Assembly: GCA_022013085.1 (NCBI GenBank)
Contig: JAKLQX010000056.1
Coordinates: 1 to 47,552 of the forward strand
DNA length: 47,552 nucleotides
Origin: Candidatus Omnitrophota bacterium
Lineage (GTDB): Bacteria; Omnitrophota; Gorgyraeia; Gygaellales; Profunditerraquicolaceae
Direction of reading: 5' to 3'
Shown: positions 35,084 to 44,025 of the stretch, piece by piece
Layout of the letters: each line of letters begins with the position of its first letter
Position numbering within the stretch: the first letter of the stretch is position 1
Program-made: the position numbers and the translations under genes
The notes under the pieces: model-generated
Seen by the model: only the letters and a program-made list of their open reading frames with translations
Told to the model about the DNA's origin: nothing
Database searches by the model: none

Positions 35084-35820
35084 ATTTTTTCTCCTAATGT
35101 ATTAAATATTTTTAATACTGGCGAATCTGATTTTAAATTAAAAATCGATTGACTAGCTAAACTTAATTCTTCAAGACTTAAGTCAAAAGGCAAACTCCCT
35201 AAATACTCCAGGTTAGTTTCTCTAATTTTTTCTTTATCTACATTTTTATTAAAACGATTAATTAATAAAGTACTTCTTTTTACTTCAAATTTAACCTGTT
35301 TAGTTAATTCATTAATTCTTTGCGCCGATTTTAAGCCTATATTAGAGGCGTCTGATACAACAACAAGGCAGTCAGCGTAACGGGTAATACGCCGAGATAG
35401 ATGTTCTAATCCCGCTTCATTGTCGATTACTATATAATCGTAATCCTTGATTAATCCAGCCATTATCCCGCGCAAACAATTATTTACGTAGCAATAGCAT
35501 CCAGGCCCCTCAGGCGCGCCCATGTTTAATATGTCAAAACCATCGCCTTCCTGGATGGCTGATTGAATTTGGTATTGAATAAATCGTTCCTTAGGCGTAC
35601 CCACAGGTATTTTATCCGGTGAAGCTGATATATCGTCAAGAATTGCGCCAATACTACCCTTGTTTTTTGTTCCCAGAAGTTCACCCAAATTACTGTTTGG
35701 GTCAGCATCTATAGCTAGAACTGAACCAAGTTTATTATTTTTAATACTACGTATAATTAGGGCCGCGATTGTAGTTTTTCCTGTGCCGCCTTTGCCTGCC
35801 ATAGTAATTACATAACCCAT
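35068..35820 (-). CDS. cooC: CooC/AcsF-type P-loop nickel-insertion ATPase
   Basis: 250 aa. Deviant Walker A GKGGTGKTT. CxC-like GPGCYC metal motif. Confidence 0.85.
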   Translation of the reverse strand: MGYVITMAGKGGTGKTTIAALIIRSIKNNKLGSVLAIDADPNSNLGELLGTKNKGSIGAILDDISASPDKIPVGTPKERFIQYQIQSAIQEGDGFDILNMGAPEGPGCYCYVNNCLRGIMAGLIKDYDYIVIDNEAGLEHLSRRITRYADCLVVVSDASNIGLKSAQRINELTKQVKFEVKRSTLLINRFNKNVDKEKIRETNLEYLGSLPFDLSLEELSLASQSIFNLKSDSPVLKIFNTLGEKIWSHN

Positions 35821-37746
35821 TTAAAATTTTACGTTAGGAAACTTTTTTAAATCAGTATGCGGAAAAAATAAAGCCTGGCTGTATTCATCCATATAATCCG
35901 GATCAACAGATAATTCAAAATAAGTGATTTTAGAAGCAAGCGAATCCGCCATGGACATGGCCTCATCTGATAATAGAATTTGCCTGGCTCCGGCTAAGGC
36001 GCTGTTACCGATAAACACAAACTTAGAACGTTCCAGGTCTGGCAATAAACCAATTTTAATTGCTTTATCAATATCTAGGTATGTGCCAAATCCTCCGGCG
36101 ATAAATATTTTAGCGATTGACGAAAACTCTAAACCCAGATGTTTAACTAAAATAGCAGTAGCAGAATATATCGCTCCTTTTGAACGCTTAAGGTTTTCAA
36201 TGTCTGCCTCGGTAATCACAATTTCCAAACCCGTTTCTGTTTCATTTTTAAAACAAACTACAAACTCTTTTCCACTGTCAGTTTGCCGAATTCTCGAACC
36301 CGTAGCCTTAATCTTCCCACTTTTATCGATAATCCCCGTCTCTAACATTGCAGCTAATAGGCCAATATAGCCAGAACCACAGATTCCCCTGGGTAATTTA
36401 TCCGCAATAGTGGAAAATTTAACATTAAAATCTTTCTTGTTTATCTCTACTTTTTGTATTGCCCCGGAACTGGCACGCATACCACTGGTAACCCCGCTTC
36501 CTTCAAAAGCAGGGCCTGCCGATGCAGCGCAAGCTACTAAAAAATCCCTATTTCCTAAAACAATCTCGCCGTTAGTGCCTATGTCAATTAGTATAGAAGG
36601 CTGCTCTAACTTGTATATCCCGCTGGAAAGAATTCCTGCTGTGGTGTCTCCTCCTACATAGCTAGAAACACCAGGCACGCAAGAAAGCAATCCTCTGGGG
36701 TTAATATTTATTCCTGCTTCCGCAGCGCGCATAACAGGAAGAAAATTTGCCGTTGGCACGTAAGGCGTTTTACGAATAGGTGCTGGATCAACACTTAAAA
36801 GTAAATGGATCATTGTGGTGTTTCCTGAGCAAACAATACAATTAACATCATTAAGGTCGATATTATGTTCAAGTGATAGATCTCTAATAATTTGATTCAT
36901 CGTGTCAGTTACAGCAAGATGCAGTTTTTCTAGTCCATCGGCTTGGCCGGCATAAATAATGCGCGTAATCACATCGCTGCCAAATGCTGCTTGTTGGTTA
37001 TAGGTAGCTTTTGTTCCAATTATTTTTTTGGAATTAAGATCAACCAGTTGCCCGGAAATAGTAGTTGTGCCGATGTCAAAAGATAAACCGAAGTTCTTGC
37101 TTGTAGTATTTCCAGATTCAACCAGGACAATTTCTACAGTATCGTTACGTAACCCCAAAGTAACGGTGATTTTCCAATCTGAGTCGCGTAATAATTCACC
37201 TAGTTGACGGATATTGAATATTCCGGTTTGCATTACGGGAAATTTTCCAAGAGTGCGTAATGAACGAACAACTCTTTCAAGGTCGCTTACACTGTCATTA
37301 AGCGTTGGCTTAGGCAACTCAAGATATAGTTTTGTGGCAAAAGGCGAATGTTTAAAAACGCCATCTTGTGAATTAGTTTTTATCAGCTGGATATCTTCGG
37401 CTTTAGAATACAGTCCACCTAAACGTTCCTCTAACTCATCGGGCGTAAGTTTATCAAAATTAAGGCGAGAGTTTGCAGGAATTTCTACTTCTAAGTCGCT
37501 ATGAATAGTTGTTAAGCAAGCTAAATGTATATTGTTTTTTCTTTCTTCCGCAGTAATTATGCCGCTGGCTTGGCTGTTAACTTCTCCGCTTTTAACTTTT
37601 ACCTTGCATCTTCCGCAAACACCATCTCCACCGCAAGTAGAGTTAACATAAATCCCAGCAGAGATAGCCGCTGAGAGAATAGTTTTATCTTTCTCAACTT
37701 GAATACTTTTATTATCCGGAGAGAAACTAACTTTAAATTTTTGCAT
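35821..37746 (-). CDS. Reductive activase of corrinoid iron-sulfur protein (RACo-type: 2Fe-2S ferredoxin plus ASKHA ATPase)
   Basis: 641 aa. N-terminal CGGDGVCGRCKV plant-type ferredoxin. Large ASKHA-like body (FDIGTTTISG). Confidence 0.85.
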   Translation of the reverse strand: MQKFKVSFSPDNKSIQVEKDKTILSAAISAGIYVNSTCGGDGVCGRCKVKVKSGEVNSQASGIITAEERKNNIHLACLTTIHSDLEVEIPANSRLNFDKLTPDELEERLGGLYSKAEDIQLIKTNSQDGVFKHSPFATKLYLELPKPTLNDSVSDLERVVRSLRTLGKFPVMQTGIFNIRQLGELLRDSDWKITVTLGLRNDTVEIVLVESGNTTSKNFGLSFDIGTTTISGQLVDLNSKKIIGTKATYNQQAAFGSDVITRIIYAGQADGLEKLHLAVTDTMNQIIRDLSLEHNIDLNDVNCIVCSGNTTMIHLLLSVDPAPIRKTPYVPTANFLPVMRAAEAGININPRGLLSCVPGVSSYVGGDTTAGILSSGIYKLEQPSILIDIGTNGEIVLGNRDFLVACAASAGPAFEGSGVTSGMRASSGAIQKVEINKKDFNVKFSTIADKLPRGICGSGYIGLLAAMLETGIIDKSGKIKATGSRIRQTDSGKEFVVCFKNETETGLEIVITEADIENLKRSKGAIYSATAILVKHLGLEFSSIAKIFIAGGFGTYLDIDKAIKIGLLPDLERSKFVFIGNSALAGARQILLSDEAMSMADSLASKITYFELSVDPDYMDEYSQALFFPHTDLKKFPNVKF

Positions 37747-37749
37747 AAG

Positions 37750-39117
37750 CTAGAGAGCTATGGTTTGCCTTCCAATAGGCAAAGCCAAAGTCAAATTTTT
37801 TAAAAATGTGGGGATTCCCGCTGCCTCCTTAGGCCCCACAATTACTTTAAATCCTGATCGCTCCTCAAGATCTCCGCTCATTATTGCAACATAGCCTGGG
37901 ATAATTAGATTCCTATGTTTAACTGCATCTTTAACGGCGAATTTACCTAATGCGCGGGTAACGCTTTCAGCATTAAATTTTTCTGCTGCCCAGGCAGTTA
38001 ATACTGACATACCTTCAGTATCAACGCTTAAGATATAAACAGGTATTTTACTTGTCTCTACTTCACTTAAGACCGTAAAATAACTCAAAGAAAAATTAGT
38101 AGTAATTAAAACTGGGGATTTATCGGTTGTTTGCCCAATTGCGTAAAGCTTTGGTTCAATTTGAAGAGGCTTTTGAGGATCAGTATAAATATTTTGCCTA
38201 AGGGTGAGAATTGAGAGCACCTCCCATGTTTCTACGCCTTTAATTAAGACAACGCTTGCGTATTTAGCTATATAAGCAGTTGCCTCTATCGCTTCTTCAT
38301 AAAAGTCAGTGTTATTTACGATAGCTAAGGTGGGATAGCCTAAAGCGCGGTTGGATTTTTTAAGCGCTTGCCTGCGAACTTGAGTTAAATCCCAGATCTT
38401 TTCAGCAATTGGCTTTACTCCTGTATCTAAAATTAGGTTATTTACTCCTAGGCCATTAAGTTCTTTAGTAAGTTCGCAAAGCGCATCAATATCGCTAGCT
38501 GATACTACTAGCGCGAGATCAAAATCTTTGGCAAGTTGGCTAATTTGCGTAAGGTTATTTTTTGTGGCACAATAAAGCAAAGGCTTGCGCTCTTTAGCGA
38601 TTCCAGCTGCCTCTTGTAAGCAGAGTATATCGCTACTCATTAACATAATCGGTAGAGCAGTATTATTTAAAACTAACTTAACAATATCTAAGAATCTGCC
38701 CTTATCTTTATTTTGTCTAATCGCGACTAAGTTTACATTTAATTTTTGGCCAACGCGCTCAAATTTTAGTTGATTAATTTTACTTAAGAGAAGCTTTATT
38801 TCTTCATTTTCCGAATCGTCATCAATTATAAAACCCACTCCCGTTGGATTACGGAATTTTTCTTCATGCCTAAACATTACTGTTTCGTTACCAATCTCAA
38901 ATTTAGATTCCCCGCTGCCTAGGCTTACAAGTTTAATTGGCGGTAAGGCTTGGGCTTCCAGAGTAGCTTTTGCATCAAGCGACACAAAAGGGCATTTTTC
39001 AATTGCTAATGTTTTTTTAGCCAACTGCATGGCAAAAGCGAGGCAAGTAGCTAAACCGCATTGCCGGCAATTAGTTTTAGGTAATAGTTTGTAAATATCC
39101 AGACCTGAAAGTGCCAT
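37750..39117 (-). CDS. acsC: Corrinoid iron-sulfur protein large subunit
   Basis: 455 aa. N-terminal 4Fe-4S motif CRQCGLATCLAF. C-terminal B12-binding Rossmann-like domain. Confidence 0.88.
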   Translation of the reverse strand: MALSGLDIYKLLPKTNCRQCGLATCLAFAMQLAKKTLAIEKCPFVSLDAKATLEAQALPPIKLVSLGSGESKFEIGNETVMFRHEEKFRNPTGVGFIIDDDSENEEIKLLLSKINQLKFERVGQKLNVNLVAIRQNKDKGRFLDIVKLVLNNTALPIMLMSSDILCLQEAAGIAKERKPLLYCATKNNLTQISQLAKDFDLALVVSASDIDALCELTKELNGLGVNNLILDTGVKPIAEKIWDLTQVRRQALKKSNRALGYPTLAIVNNTDFYEEAIEATAYIAKYASVVLIKGVETWEVLSILTLRQNIYTDPQKPLQIEPKLYAIGQTTDKSPVLITTNFSLSYFTVLSEVETSKIPVYILSVDTEGMSVLTAWAAEKFNAESVTRALGKFAVKDAVKHRNLIIPGYVAIMSGDLEERSGFKVIVGPKEAAGIPTFLKNLTLALPIGRQTIAL

Positions 39118-39119
39118 GA

Positions 39120-39791
39120 TTATTTTTTATTGATTAAGCTGGCGAAATATCCTGCGCCAAATCCGTTGTCAATATTTACTACTGTAACCCCCGGTGAACA
39201 ACCATTGAGCATGGTTAACAGCGCGCTCAAGCCGGCAAAAGAGGCTCCATATCCACAGCTAGTTGGAACAGCGATAATTGGTGCTTTAACTAGCCCGCTG
39301 ACTAAACTGGCTAACGCGCCCTCCATCCCCGCGACTACGATAATTATTTGCGCGTTCCTTAACTTTTCAATATTAACCATTAGCCGATGTACACCGGCTA
39401 CGCCAACATCATAGAGTTTTTCTACGCGGTTGCCCATTACTTTCAGGGTTACTACTGCTTCTTCAGCTATAGGGATATCGCTTGTGCCTGCAGAAATCAC
39501 CAAGACTGAGCCCTTCGAAAGCAATTTTTTTTTCTTTAAAATAAAACCAATTTTTGCCAGAGGCGCATATTTTAAAGCAGGGATAGATTTTTTTAAGAAG
39601 GCAAATGTACTTTTATCTAATTTTGTTAGCAGAAGATCTTCCGTTGACTTAGCAATTTTACTGGCGATAGCCAACAGGTGCTTTCGATCTTTACCCGGAC
39701 AATAAATTACTTCACCAAACCCTTTACGTTTTAATCTGTCAGTATCAAGTTTGGCAAACCCCAGGTCACAAAAACCTTGTCTTTCAGACAT
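39120..39791 (-). CDS. larB: LarB-type (PurE-like) pyridinium-3,5-biscarboxylic acid mononucleotide synthase
   Basis: 223 aa. N-terminal LarB-specific segment, then PurE fold (VISAGTSD, VVAGMEGALASLV). Its stop lies 2 nt before the acsC start. Confidence 0.75.
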   Translation of the reverse strand: MSERQGFCDLGFAKLDTDRLKRKGFGEVIYCPGKDRKHLLAIASKIAKSTEDLLLTKLDKSTFAFLKKSIPALKYAPLAKIGFILKKKKLLSKGSVLVISAGTSDIPIAEEAVVTLKVMGNRVEKLYDVGVAGVHRLMVNIEKLRNAQIIIVVAGMEGALASLVSGLVKAPIIAVPTSCGYGASFAGLSALLTMLNGCSPGVTVVNIDNGFGAGYFASLINKK

Positions 39792-39795
39792 TTAT

Positions 39796-40107
39796 CTAAA
39801 ATCCCCGGTAAACAAGAAGTCCCAGTAGGATTATAAGAATTGTGGCAAAGATATAAAAATCGTTAAAATATAAGAAATCACGAATTTTATCTTGCCGCCC
39901 TACTTTTTCTCTTTCACCGGATTTATGGTGGTCGTTTTGATGAGTTTTTCGGTATTCATCAACCTGTTCTTTTTTAAAACGCAAGTAGACCCCTCCGACT
40001 TTATAAGCAGGCAGAGTGCCTTTTTCTGCTAGATCTAATACATCTTTTTCTGATACTTCCAACAGAAGAGAAGCATCTCTTACAGTAAGCAATTTTTCTT
40101 CAGACAT
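39796..40107 (-). CDS. Excisionase-type HTH protein with C-terminal transmembrane anchor
   Basis: Start set at MSEEK, 2 nt after the upstream stop. HTH is LLTVRDASLLLEVSEKDVLDLAEKGTLPAYKVGGVYLRF. C-terminal segment FYIFATILIILLGLLVY. Confidence 0.7.
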   Translation of the reverse strand: MSEEKLLTVRDASLLLEVSEKDVLDLAEKGTLPAYKVGGVYLRFKKEQVDEYRKTHQNDHHKSGEREKVGRQDKIRDFLYFNDFYIFATILIILLGLLVYRGF

Positions 40108-40109
40108 GA

Positions 40110-40613
40110 TTATTTCCCGATTTTTCCTGACGCTATCCAATTATCAATTGCTATACGCTCAAACTTCCAATCGTTACCTTCTTTACTTCCGGGCACTTTT
40201 CCTGAATTAGCCCACTCCGTAATAGAGCTTAACTCTACTTCTAAGTATTCTGCTAACTGTTCAGCATTTAAAAAATCATGCAGCATTGTGCATTGTCCTT
40301 GAAAAATTGCGCCTTCCGCTATATTAAGTTTTACTGGGTAGATATGCCCTTCAACAACGGCATGAGGCAGAAGAGTGAGCCTTTCTTTTGCAATAATTTT
40401 ACCCTTGATTTTTCCGCCGACAATTATGTTGTCTCCTTCAATATCTGCGTTAATTACAGCCGTAGCGCCAATTGTAAGATTACCACGTGTTTTAAGGTTC
40501 CCCTCAAATTTACCATTAATACGCAGATTAACGGGATCCTTAAAACTTAAAGTACCCTGCATTGCGGCATCAACATCCAAAATTTTTTCTTCCAGCTTTT
40601 TTTTAAATGCCAT
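40110..40613 (-). CDS. Bactofilin domain fused to a C-terminal excisionase-type HTH
   Basis: 167 aa. Beta-helical bactofilin repeats (INGKFEGNLKTRGNLTIGATAVINADIEGDNIIVGGKIKGKI). Then LNAEQLAEYLEVELSSITEWANSGKVPG. Confidence 0.75.
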   Translation of the reverse strand: MAFKKKLEEKILDVDAAMQGTLSFKDPVNLRINGKFEGNLKTRGNLTIGATAVINADIEGDNIIVGGKIKGKIIAKERLTLLPHAVVEGHIYPVKLNIAEGAIFQGQCTMLHDFLNAEQLAEYLEVELSSITEWANSGKVPGSKEGNDWKFERIAIDNWIASGKIGK

Positions 40614-40627
40614 GCTTACCTCCGGTT

Positions 40628-41068
40628 TTAAGTTTTCGCATCCCTGGAAATTGTTTTTTCAAAAAAACGTAAAAAGTGCAATACAATTAAAACCAAAATC
40701 GTAGCATAAATTGCTATTTTGTTAAAACCACATCCTACTGCTAATCCAATTCCTGAAACTACCCATAAGCTGGCCGCAGTAGTTAAGCCTCTAACGCCTT
40801 TCGGCTCTCTGATTATCGTGCCTGCTCCTAAAAAACCAATTCCCGTAATTACACCTGCGGCAATACGCGCAGGATCCAATGAAACCGTATCTTTATATAT
40901 ATCAAAAACATATAAGGATGTCAACATGATAAGACAAGATCCTAATGCTACTAGTATATGTGTGCGTAAACCAGCATCTCTACGATGTACCTGTCTTTCA
41001 AAACCAACTAATCCGCTTAAAACCAGGGTTAATAACAAGCGTATAACCATTTGAAAATCAGTAGGCAT
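40628..41068 (-). CDS. mgtC: MgtC/SapB family membrane protein
   Basis: 146 aa. Four TM helices. The GFERQ...AGLRTH motif typical of MgtC. Confidence 0.85.
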   Translation of the reverse strand: MPTDFQMVIRLLLTLVLSGLVGFERQVHRRDAGLRTHILVALGSCLIMLTSLYVFDIYKDTVSLDPARIAAGVITGIGFLGAGTIIREPKGVRGLTTAASLWVVSGIGLAVGCGFNKIAIYATILVLIVLHFLRFFEKTISRDAKT

Positions 41069-41079
41069 AATTCCTCCCG

Positions 41080-42063
41080 TTAGTTAAACTGCACGTTTAA
41101 ATAAAGATTATCTTTTGCGCCTTGCTTGTTAAGTTGGTATGCCAGCCCACTAACCATAGCTGCATTATCCATGCATAGGCTAATACTAGGGAAAAAACAT
41201 GTAATTCCGGATTCCTTAGTAGAAGCTAAAAACTTATTTCGCAAGTTACTATTAGCAGCAACCCCGCCTCCTATTAAAAGTTGTTTTACATTTTTGCGCT
41301 TACAAGCAATTAAGGCTTTTTTTATCAAAGTATTGATCACAGTTTCTTGAAAGCAAGCTGCCAGATCCTGCTTTATACAGGTATTTACTTTTTTACCTTT
41401 CAAATAATACAATACTGAAGTTTTTATCCCGCTAAAACTAAAATCCAGTTCATTTTTAGTTCCGGAGCAGGCAAATTTAATCTTATATTTGTCACCGCGC
41501 TTAGCTAACCTTTCAATTAGAGGGCCGCCAGGATAGCCAAGCCCTAATATTTTAGCTACCTTGTCAAACGCTTCTCCGCAAGCGTCATCATTAGTTTGGC
41601 CGATTACCTGGATATTAGAAAAATCCTTTATATAGAACAGGCTTGTGTGCCCTCCTGAAACCACTAAAGCTATTACCGGCAATTTAATATTATTATGGCA
41701 AAGAAAATTAGCATAAATGTGGCTATAAACATGATTAATACCTAAAAGCGGTTTTTCTAAACTTAAAGCCAAAGCTTTTGCAAAAGAAATACCGACAAAC
41801 AGTGAGCCTGGCAAGCCAGGGGTGATTGTACAAGAGATAAGATCAATTTTTTTAGGGGAGATTTTAGCCACTTTAATCGCTTCTAAGAACACGCTGGCAA
41901 TACTTTCTAGTTGCATGCGTGAGGCAATCTCTGGCACCACTCCTCCGTATTTGCTATGTAGCTTGAGGCTAGAGGCAACTATATTAGCTAAAATCTTTTT
42001 GCCATCTTTAACTAAAGCTACAGAAGTTTCATCACAAGAACTTTCTATCCCCAGAACTATCAT
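41080..42063 (-). CDS. tsaD: tRNA N6-adenosine threonylcarbamoyltransferase
   Basis: 327 aa. VLGIESSCDETS opening. HxxxH metal site (HVYSH). Confidence 0.95.
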   Translation of the reverse strand: MIVLGIESSCDETSVALVKDGKKILANIVASSLKLHSKYGGVVPEIASRMQLESIASVFLEAIKVAKISPKKIDLISCTITPGLPGSLFVGISFAKALALSLEKPLLGINHVYSHIYANFLCHNNIKLPVIALVVSGGHTSLFYIKDFSNIQVIGQTNDDACGEAFDKVAKILGLGYPGGPLIERLAKRGDKYKIKFACSGTKNELDFSFSGIKTSVLYYLKGKKVNTCIKQDLAACFQETVINTLIKKALIACKRKNVKQLLIGGGVAANSNLRNKFLASTKESGITCFFPSISLCMDNAAMVSGLAYQLNKQGAKDNLYLNVQFN

Positions 42064-42830
42064 TTAGCTACCTCTGAAACAAAAACGAATTTATAACCTT
42101 CTCTTGCTAACTCCGGGAGCATCTCTTTTAAAACAAGTAAGGTATTCTTTCGGTCATGACCTATACCTATAGCTATGCCTTGATGGTATGCTATTTTTTT
42201 TAATTCGTTAACCTGGTTTTTTATATACTCCGGGTTATTTTGGTTATCCAGAAATACATCCCTTTTGGCAAATCTTAAACCTATTTTTTTGGCTAATGAC
42301 GCACAAACAGATGCGCTTGTTACGAAACTGTCTAGAAAGTATAGATTGTGTTTCTTTACCTCCTGCATAACCATTGTGCTTGATTTTATATCTTGAGTAA
42401 CGCGCGAACCCATATGGTTAGAAACGCCTTTTGCAAAAACGAGATTAGCTAAATCTTTATTTATAATTTTGCGTATCTCCTCCTTATTCATGTTAACGCT
42501 GATAGTATTTTTTTCTACCTTACGGGATTCTTTAGGCTCCATAGGTAAATGCAGGATAATCTCTTTCCCAAACTTATGTAATTTTTGTACAACTGAAGTC
42601 GTATTTCTTAGGTTAGGTAAAACAGCGCAAGTTAAAGGTTGTTTTATCTGGCAAAGTATCCCTAAATTATTTTGGTTATATCCCCAATCGTCTATAACAA
42701 TAGCAATCTTGCCTTTCGATATAGGGATAATCTTTGGTGGAACTTTTTTATAAAGAGGGGCTAAAATAATCGCAATAAAAATAATCAAACATAGTATTAT
42801 TGCGATTGAAACGATAAATTTATTTTTCAT
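42060..42830 (-). CDS. Divergent polysaccharide deacetylase (YibQ-like)
   Basis: 256 aa. N-terminal TM. IAIVIDDWG and NHMGS motifs. Confidence 0.8.
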   Translation of the reverse strand: MKNKFIVSIAIILCLIIFIAIILAPLYKKVPPKIIPISKGKIAIVIDDWGYNQNNLGILCQIKQPLTCAVLPNLRNTTSVVQKLHKFGKEIILHLPMEPKESRKVEKNTISVNMNKEEIRKIINKDLANLVFAKGVSNHMGSRVTQDIKSSTMVMQEVKKHNLYFLDSFVTSASVCASLAKKIGLRFAKRDVFLDNQNNPEYIKNQVNELKKIAYHQGIAIGIGHDRKNTLLVLKEMLPELAREGYKFVFVSEVAK

Positions 42831-44025
42831 TATATAACTTTATTACTTTTAAGGCATCCACAGCCCGGGTAATTTGCGGATCAGTTTTATAATCAAACGT
42901 ATTTTTAATATCCCAGCCGGCAGATTGGCTTTCCTTATTCGCTTCTATTATAATATCTGGTGTAACCCCTAACCCATGAATAATTTTTCCAGATGGAGTA
43001 AAATAACGGCTGGTAGTAAGCCTTAATGCTGAGCCATCTCTTAATGGTATAACGGTTTGCACTGAACCCTTACCAAAAGATTTTGCGCCTATTATTATTG
43101 CGCGTTTATAATCCTGTAAAGCTCCGGCAACAATTTCACTGCCAGAAGCAGATCCTTCGTTAATCATAATTACAAGTGGCAACTCACAAATAGAATTTTT
43201 ACTTTCGGAATAGAATTTAAGATTTTGATCTTCTCTCCTGCTTTTAGTATAAGCGATCAATTTATTTGGCTGGATAAACTTTCCTGCAATTTTTACAGCC
43301 ACATCTAATAAGCCGCCAGGATTATTACGTAAATCAATGATTAACGCATTCATCCCCTGTTTAGATAAATTACTCAAAGCATTATTAAATTCTTGCAACG
43401 TATTTTCACGAAATTCGGTTAATCGAATATAAGCGATTCCGTTAACAAGCATAAGTGCGTGTTTAATATCTTTAATTTTAATTATCGCTCTAGTGATTTT
43501 AAAATCTAAAAGCTTCTTTTCCGTGTCTCGTAATATGGAAAGGCTTACGCTTTCTCCTGTCTTACCGCGCATTTTTTTTACTGCATCAGTTATAGTCATT
43601 TCACGAGTTAACGCGTCATTTATTTTTACAATATGGTCATTGGGCTTGATGCCTGCTTTCCAGGCCGGGGTATCTTCAATGGGAGTAATTACAGTAAGTA
43701 AGCCATCTTTAATGGTGATCTCAACACCCAGCCCTCCAAATTTACCTTCTGTATCTATTTTTAGATTATTATAAGTATCCGGATCCATAAATTGACTATG
43801 TGGGTCAAGTGAAGAAAGCATTCCTTTTAATGACCCATAGATTAAATCCTTAGGTTTTGCCTCGTCCACATAGTCATTTTTTATAATTGCCAAAGTATCA
43901 GAAAATAATTCTACTTGGCGGTAAAGCTCATCTTTATTTTTCTTTTCATTGTTAGTTTGCGCAACTGAAACCCCCATAAATATGGTAAAAGATAACACAA
44001 CGATAATAAATAAATTTTTACGCAT
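42820..44025 (-). CDS. Carboxy-terminal processing protease (S41) with PDZ domain
   Basis: 401 aa. Signal sequence, PDZ domain, GSASGSEI catalytic Ser and downstream Lys. Confidence 0.92.
   Translation of the reverse strand: MRKNLFIIVVLSFTIFMGVSVAQTNNEKKNKDELYRQVELFSDTLAIIKNDYVDEAKPKDLIYGSLKGMLSSLDPHSQFMDPDTYNNLKIDTEGKFGGLGVEITIKDGLLTVITPIEDTPAWKAGIKPNDHIVKINDALTREMTITDAVKKMRGKTGESVSLSILRDTEKKLLDFKITRAIIKIKDIKHALMLVNGIAYIRLTEFRENTLQEFNNALSNLSKQGMNALIIDLRNNPGGLLDVAVKIAGKFIQPNKLIAYTKSRREDQNLKFYSESKNSICELPLVIMINEGSASGSEIVAGALQDYKRAIIIGAKSFGKGSVQTVIPLRDGSALRLTTSRYFTPSGKIIHGLGVTPDIIIEANKESQSAGWDIKNTFDYKTDPQITRAVDALKVIKLYNEK

Noticed and set aside
35526-35708. 60-aa minus-strand ORF overlapping cooC in another frame
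   Set aside because: It is embedded in a well-supported P-loop ATPase gene. It has no RBS and no motif.
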